The notes under the pieces were generated by a model. The model was not told the DNA's origin. It worked only from the letters and a program-made list of their open reading frames with translations, and did not search any database. Below, in pieces: positions 18,873 to 27,882 of a DNA stretch of 34,816 nt; position 1 is the first letter of the stretch; each line of letters starts with the position of its first letter. The stretch lies in sequence record DRR378314_1717; one strand, 5' to 3'. A program made the translations under genes and the position numbers.

Positions 18873-20078
18873 ATGGGCAGGTTTGATAAATCGCGGCTGG
18901 CCCGCATCTCGGGTTGGATGCAAGGCTATATTGACCGGCAACAATTTCCGGGCTGTTCGGTACTGGTGGCGCAGGACGGTCAGGAGGTCTTCTTTGATCA
19001 GGCTGGTTTGCGTGATGTTGCCTCTGGTCTGCCGTGGGAACGCAATACGGTTGCCCGCATCTATTCGATGACCAAGCCGGTGACATCCCTTGCCATGATG
19101 ATGCTGGTTGAACGCGGGCTGGTGCATCTGGATGCACCGGTTTCTGATTTCATTCCTGCTTTTGCAGAGGCCCGATGTCTGCGGCCCGATGCCACGGATT
19201 TATCGCAAACAGAACCCTGTGCCGCGCCCAGCTTGCACCAGTTGCTAACCCATACATCGGGGTTGAGCTACTCTTTCAATCCCGGCCTTATCTCCAAGGC
19301 GATGCGCGCGGGTAAACTGGATTTCAGTCCGGGTGCGCGGACATTGGCACAAACAGTGGATGAGGTTGCCACCCTGCCTTTGGCATTCCGACCGGGCAGT
19401 CGCTGGGAGTACTCGGTTGGTATCGACATCGTTGGTCGCATGATTGAAGTGATCAGCGGCCAACCTCTCGATGTATTTTTCGAAACGGAAATACTGGGTC
19501 CGCTGGGCATGAATGAAACGCGGTTTCAGGTTCCTGCGGGTGTAGGGGATCGTTTTGCCTCGCTTTATACGCCTTTGGCGGGGGAAGCATTTGATCTGAA
19601 CGCAAAATCCGAAGGCGGGGATAGCCTGCGCCAGACTGATCATGTGGATGGCTCACCCTATCATACAACACAAATGCTATCGGGCGGTGGCGGGTTGGTA
19701 GGCACGATTGACGACTATCTGTTGTTTGCCGAAATGTTGCGTGTTGGCGGCAAGGGGTTGGTGTCACCGCAGATACTGGACTTTATGATGCGTAACCATC
19801 TGACCGGTGACATTGCGTCGATGGGCCCGGCAAGCTTTGCCGAACAACCGATGGACGGTATGGGGTTTGGGATTGGCGGGGCCGTTGTTCTGGATCCTGC
19901 GCGCGCGCGGGTGCCGGGTTCAATTGGCGATTTTTCATGGGGTGGCATGGCCTCGACCTTCTTTTGGATTGACCCGGTGCATGATCTTTCTGTGGTCTTT
20001 TTCACCCAACTGGCACCCAGCAGCTCCTATCCTGCCCGTTCGCAACTCAAGGCACTTATTCACGGGGCATTAACATGA
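18873..20078 (+). CDS. serine hydrolase of the beta-lactamase fold (family VIII esterase-like)
   Basis: SxxK motif (YSMTKP), LLTHTSG, WEYS and WGG motifs; no signal peptide. Confidence 0.88.
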   Translation: MGRFDKSRLARISGWMQGYIDRQQFPGCSVLVAQDGQEVFFDQAGLRDVASGLPWERNTVARIYSMTKPVTSLAMMMLVERGLVHLDAPVSDFIPAFAEARCLRPDATDLSQTEPCAAPSLHQLLTHTSGLSYSFNPGLISKAMRAGKLDFSPGARTLAQTVDEVATLPLAFRPGSRWEYSVGIDIVGRMIEVISGQPLDVFFETEILGPLGMNETRFQVPAGVGDRFASLYTPLAGEAFDLNAKSEGGDSLRQTDHVDGSPYHTTQMLSGGGGLVGTIDDYLLFAEMLRVGGKGLVSPQILDFMMRNHLTGDIASMGPASFAEQPMDGMGFGIGGAVVLDPARARVPGSIGDFSWGGMASTFFWIDPVHDLSVVFFTQLAPSSSYPARSQLKALIHGALT

Positions 20079-22030
20079 CGGCCAAGACTCTTTGGACTCC
20101 AACTGCGGAACGTTTTGAGGCCTCCACCATGGCGCAGTTTGAGCGGTTTGTGGGTGAAACCCGCGGGCTGGAGTTTTCTGATTACAACGCCATGTGGCGC
20201 TGGAGTATTGATGACCTTGAAGGGTTCTGGAATGCGATCTGGGATTTCTTTGATCTGCGTGCCTCTGTGCGCCCCGAAAAGCTGTTGGTCAAACGCCAGA
20301 TGCCGGACATGGAATGGGGCACGGGCGGGCGGCTGAACTATGCCGAGAATATCCTCAAACATGTTGACGGGGGGGCGGATGCACCGGCCCTGATTGTACA
20401 ATCAGAAACCTTTGGCCGGTCTGAAATGACATGGGGGCAATTGCAGGCTCAGGTGGCATCGGTTGCCAGACATCTGCGCGACATGGGGGTGCGCGAGGGC
20501 GACCGCGTTGTCGCGATCCTGCCGAACACGGAAACAGCGCTGATTGCCCTGCTTGCCACGGCAAGTATCGGCGCGGTTTGGTCCCTATGCGCGCCAGACA
20601 TGGGGCATGTGGCGATCCTTGACCGGTTCAAACAAATCGCGCCGAAGGTGTTGATTGCGCAGGATGGTTATGTCCATGGCGGCAAAACTTTGGACAGGCG
20701 CGAGGTGCTGACGCAGATTAATGCAGGCCTGCCGAGTGTGGTGCAATTTGTGACCTTGCCAGTGGTGGGCACATTGCCCGACGGCCATGTCGATTGGCAC
20801 GGCCTGACCAAGGATGACGTCCCGTTCGAGCCGGCCCAGGTTGGGTTCGAACATCCTTTGTGGATTGTTTACTCATCCGGCACCACGGGCAACCCCAAGC
20901 CGATTGTTCATGGCCATGGTGGCATCATTCTGGAGGCTGCGAAACAATCACTGCACCATGATATCAGCGCGGCAGATCGTTTTTGCTGGCTGACCTCATC
21001 AGGCTGGATCATGTGGAACGCGCAATGGATGGCGCTGGGGCAGGGTGCCTGTGTTGCGATGTTTGACGGCGCGCCGAACCATCCTGATATGGGGGTGCTA
21101 TGGCGTTTTGTTGCAGATGAAAAGCTGACCTATTTCGGGGCTGGTGCCGCCTATTTCAGCACCTGTATGAAAGCGGGGATTACCCCGCGCGAAGATGTCG
21201 ATTTATCCACCATTCGCTCGCTTGGCTCCACGGGGTCCCCCTTGTCGGGTGATGCTTATGATTGGATTTACCGTGATGTGAAAGCGGATCAATGGCTAGC
21301 GCCGATTTCCGGCGGCACCGACCTTGCCGGTGCATTTGTGCTGGGTCATCCCGGCATGCCGGTGCGTGCGGGCGAAATGCAGTGCCGTGCCCTGGGCAAT
21401 GCCACGCGGGCCTTTGATGCCTTGGGGAATGAATTGACCAGCGAGGTGGGCGAATTGGTCTGTACCGAACCGCTGCCGTCGATGCCGCTTTATTTCTGGG
21501 GGGACACAGATGGCAGCCGACTGCGCGAAAGCTACTTTGAGGATTATCCCGGCGTGTGGCGCCATGGCGATTGGATCTCGATTGACGAGACGGGGGCAAG
21601 TGTCATCTACGGGCGTTCTGACGCGACGATCAACCGGAAGGGGCTGCGCATGGGTAGTGCCGAAATCTATCAGGCGGTTGAAGGGCTGGACTGGGTGATG
21701 GATTCACTGGTTGTCGATCTGGAGTTTCTGGGCCGTGAAAGCTTTATGCCGCTGTTTGTGGTCACTGCTGAAAGCACCCCGCTCGATCAAATCCACAAGG
21801 ATGCAATTAACGCGGCCATTCGCGCGCAAGTTTCGGCGCGGTTCATTCCCAACGAGATTATCCAGATCAAGGATGTGCCACGCACCCTGTCGGGTAAGAA
21901 GCTTGAAGTTCCGGTGAAAAAGCTGTTGCTTGGCGGTGATCCGGCAAAGGTGGTCAATCGCGACAGCATGGCCAATCCCGACAGCTTTGATTTCTTTATC
22001 GCCTATGCGGACGCACGGGCCAATGCCTGA
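20075..22030 (+). CDS. acetoacetate--CoA ligase
   Basis: 651 aa; YSSGTTGNPKPIVHGHGG, GWIMWN, ISGGTD, WRHGDW, GRSDATINR and TLSGKKLEVP motifs. Confidence 0.9.
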   Translation: MTAKTLWTPTAERFEASTMAQFERFVGETRGLEFSDYNAMWRWSIDDLEGFWNAIWDFFDLRASVRPEKLLVKRQMPDMEWGTGGRLNYAENILKHVDGGADAPALIVQSETFGRSEMTWGQLQAQVASVARHLRDMGVREGDRVVAILPNTETALIALLATASIGAVWSLCAPDMGHVAILDRFKQIAPKVLIAQDGYVHGGKTLDRREVLTQINAGLPSVVQFVTLPVVGTLPDGHVDWHGLTKDDVPFEPAQVGFEHPLWIVYSSGTTGNPKPIVHGHGGIILEAAKQSLHHDISAADRFCWLTSSGWIMWNAQWMALGQGACVAMFDGAPNHPDMGVLWRFVADEKLTYFGAGAAYFSTCMKAGITPREDVDLSTIRSLGSTGSPLSGDAYDWIYRDVKADQWLAPISGGTDLAGAFVLGHPGMPVRAGEMQCRALGNATRAFDALGNELTSEVGELVCTEPLPSMPLYFWGDTDGSRLRESYFEDYPGVWRHGDWISIDETGASVIYGRSDATINRKGLRMGSAEIYQAVEGLDWVMDSLVVDLEFLGRESFMPLFVVTAESTPLDQIHKDAINAAIRAQVSARFIPNEIIQIKDVPRTLSGKKLEVPVKKLLLGGDPAKVVNRDSMANPDSFDFFIAYADARANA

Positions 22031-22039
22031 AAGTAAACC

Positions 22040-22915
22040 ATGAACCCTGCCGAAGAATTGTTGAATCTGCTGGACATTGAACAGCTTGAAGTTGACCTGT
22101 TTCGCGGTATCGGAGGGGGTGGCGAAACCACGACACGCATTTTTGGCGGGCATGTCATTGCGCAAGCGCTGATGGCCGCCTACCGCACGGTTGAGGATCG
22201 GCTGTGCCACTCCCTGCACGCCTATTTTATTCGCCCCGGTGATCCGAAAATCCCGGTGATCTATCAGGTGGACCGTGCGCGTGACGGCGGCAGTTTTACA
22301 ACACGTCGGGTTGTGGCGATCCAGCACGGTAAGCAGATTTTCAATATGTCCGCATCTTTTCACGTGGCCGAAGAGGGCTGGGAGTATCAGCATCCGATGA
22401 AAGATGTCGGATCACCCGAAGACTGGCCCAACCGCAATGATCTGCGGGCAGAGCATGTCGAAAAGCTGCCTGAAAAATACCATGCGGATTTTCTGCGGGA
22501 GCGCCCGATTGAACTGCGCGAAGTTGCCCCGCGGGATTTCTTCGAACCCGAGGTTGCAGATGATATTAATCAGCTGTGGTTCCGCATGGAGGCAGCAAAG
22601 GGCCAAAGCGCCCAGATGCAGCATTGCCTGCTGGCCTATGCCTCAGACATGAACCTGCTTGGATCGTCGCTACGGCCACATGGGTTGACCTGGTTTCAGG
22701 GCAAGGTGATGACCGCCAGCCTTGATCACGCCATGTGGTTTCATGCGCCTATCGAGTTTTCGGATTGGCATCTATATGATCTGGATGCCCCTTGGACGGG
22801 GGGCGCGCGCGGCTTTAACCGCGGATCGATCTACAGCCAAAGCGGCAAGATGGTGGCCAGCGTCGCACAGGAAGGGTTGATGCGCCCTTTGATGAAAAAC
22901 CCACCATCGGGCTGA
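22040..22915 (+). CDS. tesB: acyl-CoA thioesterase II
   Basis: IFGGHVIAQAL, HSLHAYF, RDGGSFTTRRV, YASD, SLDHAMWFH and QEGL motifs. Confidence 0.93.
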   Translation: MNPAEELLNLLDIEQLEVDLFRGIGGGGETTTRIFGGHVIAQALMAAYRTVEDRLCHSLHAYFIRPGDPKIPVIYQVDRARDGGSFTTRRVVAIQHGKQIFNMSASFHVAEEGWEYQHPMKDVGSPEDWPNRNDLRAEHVEKLPEKYHADFLRERPIELREVAPRDFFEPEVADDINQLWFRMEAAKGQSAQMQHCLLAYASDMNLLGSSLRPHGLTWFQGKVMTASLDHAMWFHAPIEFSDWHLYDLDAPWTGGARGFNRGSIYSQSGKMVASVAQEGLMRPLMKNPPSG

Positions 22916-22983
22916 GAAAATCCAGACTTGATTGGATTGGCATTCTGGGCAACCCTGTTCGCATTTAAGTACAGGGACACATT

Positions 22984-24546
22984 ATGTCAGATATCAAGAT
23001 TACCGCTCCGGTGGGCCTTTCCCCGCGCGAGAGTGATGGAAAACCAGTTAAAAACAAACCTGCGGATGTGCTGGTCATTCGCCAAATGCTGGAAGCAAAC
23101 AAAATCGGCCCGCTGGGTGACTCCAAGAAGATGGATACCGGTTTGCTGAAGGCAATTGAAAAATATCAAAAGAAGATCGGCATGAAGAAACCCGATCAAG
23201 TGATTGATCCGGGCGGGCGGACCATTCTTGCGCTTAAACCGAAATATGTGAAGGCGCTGAAAGACGCGGCCAAGGAACCGCGGGTGCGGGTCACCTTCCG
23301 TGGCAAGCAGATCGATTGTACGCAAAAGGAATTCGAAGCTGTCAAAAAGGACGTCATCAAGAATTTGACGCCCTATATGAAGTCGCTGGTTTCAAGCCAT
23401 AAAAACGCGATGAGCACCTATGAGGACTATCTAGATACCGCGATGTTGAAAGATGGTCTGCTGAACGCCGTGGCGCAGGTGATCATCATTGAAACCGGTG
23501 GCGTCACGATGCCAAAGAACAAGCTTGCGTTAAAGTCGATCTCGGCCTGTGGCAAACTTGAGCGGGCGATTTCTTCCAAGGATCTGGCGCTGATTGACGC
23601 AGCGCTACCAGAGGCGGAAAAAGCGATCAATGCGTTTCAGGCGGACCTTCTGCGGTTTCTGCGGGAGTTTACCGGGTCTGCGCAAACCACTGTTGTGGTT
23701 CTGGGCGTTACCTCGGCCGTTTGTTTTGCGGTTGTCGGCGCGCTGGCCACCCCGGTTCTGGTGGCCGGTGGCATGTCTGCCGGTGGTGCGGCTGTGACTT
23801 CGGGTGCGGGTGTCGGCATCTTACAAAGTGCGAGTCAGGAGCTGGGCAAACACGCCAGTGGCAGCAAAGTGACCGCATGGGATTCAATCAAATCAGTGGT
23901 GATTGACGGCACAATCGGTGGATTGACCGGCGGCATCGGTTCAAAGATCCCCTTGGGATGGTGTGATGATGCCGCCAAGGCTGTTGCACCGCGCCTTGCC
24001 TCCAAGGTGCCATTTATGGCCACCAAACAGCTGGAAAAATTCATCTCGAATTACCTTGCCGGTTCCGGTCAGGAAGTCATCAAATCTGCCATAAACGAGA
24101 GCGTTAAAATGCTGGGCGAGATGGTGAAAAAGGGCAAGGCCCCAACGCAAAAGGATTTTGAAAAGGCGGTTCAGAACATTCTTTACTCGGCCTTGCTGGG
24201 CGGGCTGGTCAAGAACCTTGGCAGTTTCCAGAAGAAATGGGCGTATAAGAACAAGGATATCCTACAGGGGAAAATCCTGCCTGCCCGTTGGGACAACGCG
24301 ACCAAAGGCATGGAGATTCCAAACACGCTTAAGGTCAAGATGTGGGCGGATGTCATGAACAAGGTCAGTGATAAGTCGCTTCAGGCTGGGTTTGATGCGG
24401 TAATTGCCAAGAGTTCCGGCAGCGAAAGTGACGCCAAACTTAGCAAGATCGCGGAAGAGGCATTGAAGAAAGACAAGGCTGTTCAAAAGCTGGTTGATGC
24501 CGAAATCCAAAAGGCGCTTAAGAAATATAAGGTGCCGGCAGGATAA
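22984..24546 (+). CDS. hypothetical Lys-rich protein with a peptidoglycan-binding-like N-terminus and a central hydrophobic Gly/Ala-rich segment
   Basis: 520-aa ORF filling the gap between operons, with an AGGGA RBS and a terminator. N-terminal pattern PVG..N.PADV..IRQML...AIEKYQ...PD.VIDPGGRT. Residues 229-285 contain no charged residue. Confidence 0.75.
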   Translation: MSDIKITAPVGLSPRESDGKPVKNKPADVLVIRQMLEANKIGPLGDSKKMDTGLLKAIEKYQKKIGMKKPDQVIDPGGRTILALKPKYVKALKDAAKEPRVRVTFRGKQIDCTQKEFEAVKKDVIKNLTPYMKSLVSSHKNAMSTYEDYLDTAMLKDGLLNAVAQVIIIETGGVTMPKNKLALKSISACGKLERAISSKDLALIDAALPEAEKAINAFQADLLRFLREFTGSAQTTVVVLGVTSAVCFAVVGALATPVLVAGGMSAGGAAVTSGAGVGILQSASQELGKHASGSKVTAWDSIKSVVIDGTIGGLTGGIGSKIPLGWCDDAAKAVAPRLASKVPFMATKQLEKFISNYLAGSGQEVIKSAINESVKMLGEMVKKGKAPTQKDFEKAVQNILYSALLGGLVKNLGSFQKKWAYKNKDILQGKILPARWDNATKGMEIPNTLKVKMWADVMNKVSDKSLQAGFDAVIAKSSGSESDAKLSKIAEEALKKDKAVQKLVDAEIQKALKKYKVPAG

Positions 24547-24556
24547 CCCATTTGAT

Positions 24557-24587
24557 GGGCGCGCAGTTTAAACCGCGCGCCCTTTTT
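24557..24587 (+). terminator. intrinsic terminator between convergent genes
   Basis: GGGCGCGC-AGTTTAAACC-GCGCGCCC-TTTTT, 10 bp after the stop of the 520-aa ORF. Confidence 0.8.
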
Positions 24588-24591
24588 CGTT

Positions 24592-24963
24592 CTATCCGAA
24601 CACGAAAAAACAAATTTTGTTGCCATCGGGGTCATGGGCATAGGCCCCATAAAACCGATCAGGAATACGCTGGCCCGGTGCGCCATCATTGGTGGCCCCC
24701 AGCGCAATCGCGCGGGCATGTAACGTGTCGACCTCTTCCTTGGTTGAAACGGGAAAGGCGATCATATTGCCGTTCCCCGGCGCTGGTGCTTCCTTGTTAT
24801 AGGGTTCGCAGACCGCCAGCATCGGTTCGCCCCGTTTGGTCCCCAGAAACGCAATGCGTCCCATGTCGATGACAACTTTTGCACCCTGTGTCTCAAACAG
24901 ATCCGTGTAAAAAGTCTTAGCGCGTTCCATGTCAGAAACGCCGATAGTGGTATAGCCGATCAT
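24592..24963 (-). CDS. VOC (glyoxalase/bleomycin-resistance/dioxygenase) family protein
   Basis: MIGYTTIGVSDMERAKTFY, GNGNMIAF and FYGAYAHDPDGNKI motifs. Confidence 0.9.
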   Translation of the reverse strand: MIGYTTIGVSDMERAKTFYTDLFETQGAKVVIDMGRIAFLGTKRGEPMLAVCEPYNKEAPAPGNGNMIAFPVSTKEEVDTLHARAIALGATNDGAPGQRIPDRFYGAYAHDPDGNKICFFVFG

Positions 24964-24978
24964 CCCAGGTTGCCTTCC

Positions 24979-25752
24979 TTACATTTTCTTGTCGCTGAAT
25001 TTGCGGTTCAGCTTGCGCATGCCGCCGATCCAACGGTCGTAGTCGTCGGTTTTGTTTTTCATATAGGTGCGCACTTCTTCATGTGGCAGGATCAGAAAGG
25101 TTTCCTCGCGAATGGCCTCCAGACAAATCTGCGCCACTGGTTCGGGTTCCATCATCCCGTTGATCGCTGCCACATGATCTTCATGGCCACGGGTCATTTC
25201 CGTGCGCACGGCCTGCGGGCAGAGCACAGAGACCTTTATGCCCTCGTCACCATGGGTCAGTGCGATCCATTCGGCCAGTCCTACAGCTGCGTGTTTGGTG
25301 ACCCCGTAAGAGGCGGACCCTATCTGGTTCAACAACCCGGCCGCCGAGGCGGTGTTCAGCAAATACCCGCCACCCCGTGCCGCCATCAAGGGCACCAGAT
25401 GACGCGCGGCCCAGACATGGGCCATCACATTGATATCCCATGTGCGTTGCCATTCGCTGTTGGGGGTTTCCATCCCGCCCCCCACCGCGATACCGGCATT
25501 TGACCAGTAAAGATCAATCGGCCCGATGTCGCGCTCGACATTGTCGATCATCGCTTTGATCTGCGCCTCATCTGCCACATCAACAGTATAGGCGGCACCG
25601 CCCACCGCCTCGGCAGTTTCGCCGGCACCGTCGCCGTTCATATCGACACAGACAACCTGACGGGCACCCGCCTTGGCAAAGGCCATACACAGGGCTTTGC
25701 CGATGCCGCTGGCGGCCCCGGTTACGACACAGATTTTATCTTTGATTTCCAT
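24979..25752 (-). CDS. short-chain dehydrogenase/reductase
   Basis: TGAASGIG, SNAGI, TASAAGLL and YGVTK motifs; start ATG 25752 (MEIKDK). Confidence 0.9.
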   Translation of the reverse strand: MEIKDKICVVTGAASGIGKALCMAFAKAGARQVVCVDMNGDGAGETAEAVGGAAYTVDVADEAQIKAMIDNVERDIGPIDLYWSNAGIAVGGGMETPNSEWQRTWDINVMAHVWAARHLVPLMAARGGGYLLNTASAAGLLNQIGSASYGVTKHAAVGLAEWIALTHGDEGIKVSVLCPQAVRTEMTRGHEDHVAAINGMMEPEPVAQICLEAIREETFLILPHEEVRTYMKNKTDDYDRWIGGMRKLNRKFSDKKM

Positions 25753-25756
25753 GATC

Positions 25757-26527
25757 TCAGGTCCACATGTTTGAACCGCCACAGACGGTTAACGCCTGTC
25801 CGGTCATGTATTTGCTGGCGTCTGACGCGAGGAAAACCGCAAGACCGGCAAAGTCATCCGGGTCGCCTAGCCGACGCAGGGGTATTTCCTCTTCGATGCG
25901 TTTGGCGACTTCGGGATTGTCCCAAAGTTCGCGTGCAAATTCGGTTTTCACGAGGCCGGGGCAGATGGCGTTGAACCGTATCCCTTTGGGCCCAAATTCA
26001 GCGGCCAGATTACGTACCAGCCCGATCAGCGCAAGTTTCGACATGCCGTAGGTGCCCAGCATCACCGAAGGTTTGAACGCCCCGATAGAGGAGGTAAAGG
26101 CCATTGAGCCTGCCCCTTTGGCAACCATATCGGGGGCCACCATCTGTGCCAGCCAGAGGTTGGATTGCACATTGGCGTTCATGGTTTTCTGATAGGCATC
26201 ATCGGGGATTTCCGAAGTCTTGCCATAATAGGGGTTCACACCCGCATTGCCGATGACCACATCAATGGGCCCGGCAAGTTCATGTGTTTTATCAACCAAT
26301 GCCAGCAACTGCTCTTTATAGCCGACATTGCAGGCAACCGCATGTGCGGTCCCCTTTCCCAATGCCTTGATGCCAGCGGCAGCCTCGTCCAGCTGGTCCT
26401 GTTTGCGGGCCGAGATGACAACAGTGGCACCATGTTCGGAGAGGGCGGTGGCCATGGCCAGCCCCATGCCTTTGGAGGCGCCGGTCAGCAGCGCGACCTT
26501 TCCGGTCAGATCAAACAGCGTGCTCAT
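25757..26527 (-). CDS. short-chain dehydrogenase/reductase (DHRS4-like carbonyl reductase)
   Basis: TGASKGMG, NAGVNPYYG, YGMSK and CPGLVKTEFARELW motifs. ATGA overlap with the ACAD. Confidence 0.9.
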   Translation of the reverse strand: MSTLFDLTGKVALLTGASKGMGLAMATALSEHGATVVISARKQDQLDEAAAGIKALGKGTAHAVACNVGYKEQLLALVDKTHELAGPIDVVIGNAGVNPYYGKTSEIPDDAYQKTMNANVQSNLWLAQMVAPDMVAKGAGSMAFTSSIGAFKPSVMLGTYGMSKLALIGLVRNLAAEFGPKGIRFNAICPGLVKTEFARELWDNPEVAKRIEEEIPLRRLGDPDDFAGLAVFLASDASKYMTGQALTVCGGSNMWT

Positions 26528-27840
26528 CCCATGAACCCGCCGGAACCGCGCGCCTGCGTGTCCCCTTTGATCGCATCCTGACGCGAGTTGCTGTCTTTGT
26601 AAGTCTGCACTTCGTGACGGGCAATCACGTGGTGGTGTACTTCGTCAGGGCCATCCGCATACCGCAAGGTGCGTTGCTGTGCATACATCCCGGACAGTGG
26701 CGACCACTGAGAAATACCCGTGGCCCCATGCACCTGCATGGCCTGATCAATGATATCACAGACCTGCTCCGGCACTTTAGCCTTGATCATGCTGACCCAG
26801 ATGCGGGCCTCTTTATTGCCCAGCACATCCATTGCCTTGGCCGCTTTCAGCACCAGAAGGCGCATGCATTCAATCTCGATTTTTGCGCGCGAGATCGTTT
26901 CCATGTTCTTGCCCAGATCAACGATCTTTTTACCAAAAGCGACACGGTTCAAACCGCGATCAATCATCAGGTCCAGTGCCTTTTCCGCCTGTCCGATGGA
27001 CCGCATGCAATGGTGGATGCGGCCAGGCCCAAGGCGCACTTGGCTGATTTCAAAGCCTTTGCCCTCGCCCCAAAGCATGTTGGTTTCCGGCACGCGTACA
27101 TCGGTGAATTTGATATGCATATGGCCGTGCGGCGCATCATCGTGGCCAAAGACATGCATCGGGCCAAGGATCTCCACACCGGGTGTGTCCATGGGCACAA
27201 GGATCTGGCTTTGCTGGCGGAAAGGTTCGGCGTCGGGGGAGGTTTTGACCATCACGATCATGATCTTACAGCGCGGATCACCGGCACCCGAGATATAGTA
27301 TTTCTCGCCGTTCATCACCCATTCGCCGTTTTCCAGAACAGCCGTCATGCCGATATTCTTGGCGTCTGACGAGGCGCGGTCAGGTTCTGTCATTGCAAAG
27401 GCGGAACGGATTTCGCCTGCCAGCAAGGGCTTGAGCCATTTCTCTTTCTGCTCGGGTGTGCCGATGCGTTCGAGCACCTCCATATTGCCAGTGTCCGGTG
27501 CCGAACAGTTCAGCGTTTCAGAGGCCAGCGGGTTCTTTCCCAGTTCCGCGGCGATATAGGCATAGTCAAGATTGGACAGGCCTTCGCCGGTTTCCGCATT
27601 TGGCAAAAAGAAGTTCCACAATCCTGCATCGCGGGCCTTTTGCTTGGCCGCATTCATCAGCTTCATCTGTCCCTCTGTGTGGGACCAGCGGTTTTCGCGG
27701 CCCTCACCCAGACGGTAATATTCTTCGGACATCGGATCGACGTTTTCGCGGATGTGTTTGATCACAGCGTTCAACAGCGGCTTGGCCTTATCGGACATTT
27801 CAAGGTTGTTCAGGCTGAGAGGGGAGTTCGTATCGGACAT
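26524..27840 (-). CDS. acyl-CoA dehydrogenase, ACAD10/ACAD11 / FadE2 subfamily
   Basis: GLWNFFLP, NCSAPDTGNMEVL, AMTEP...SSDA, RLGPGRIHHCMR and RYADGPDEVH motifs. ATG 27840 follows AGGAGG. Confidence 0.92.
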   Translation of the reverse strand: MSDTNSPLSLNNLEMSDKAKPLLNAVIKHIRENVDPMSEEYYRLGEGRENRWSHTEGQMKLMNAAKQKARDAGLWNFFLPNAETGEGLSNLDYAYIAAELGKNPLASETLNCSAPDTGNMEVLERIGTPEQKEKWLKPLLAGEIRSAFAMTEPDRASSDAKNIGMTAVLENGEWVMNGEKYYISGAGDPRCKIMIVMVKTSPDAEPFRQQSQILVPMDTPGVEILGPMHVFGHDDAPHGHMHIKFTDVRVPETNMLWGEGKGFEISQVRLGPGRIHHCMRSIGQAEKALDLMIDRGLNRVAFGKKIVDLGKNMETISRAKIEIECMRLLVLKAAKAMDVLGNKEARIWVSMIKAKVPEQVCDIIDQAMQVHGATGISQWSPLSGMYAQQRTLRYADGPDEVHHHVIARHEVQTYKDSNSRQDAIKGDTQARGSGGFMG

Positions 27841-27882
27841 TATTTGCCTCCTTGGCAGTTCTTTATGCACCCATGGGCGCCG

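Noticed and set aside
18873-20078. Beta-lactamase / antibiotic resistance gene
   Set aside because: No signal peptide, esterase-type WGG motif and a catabolic operon context. It is more likely a cytoplasmic esterase.
24592-24963. VOC protein as immunity partner of the 520-aa orphan
   Set aside because: It is convergent, separated by a terminator, and is the last gene of the leftward catabolic operon.
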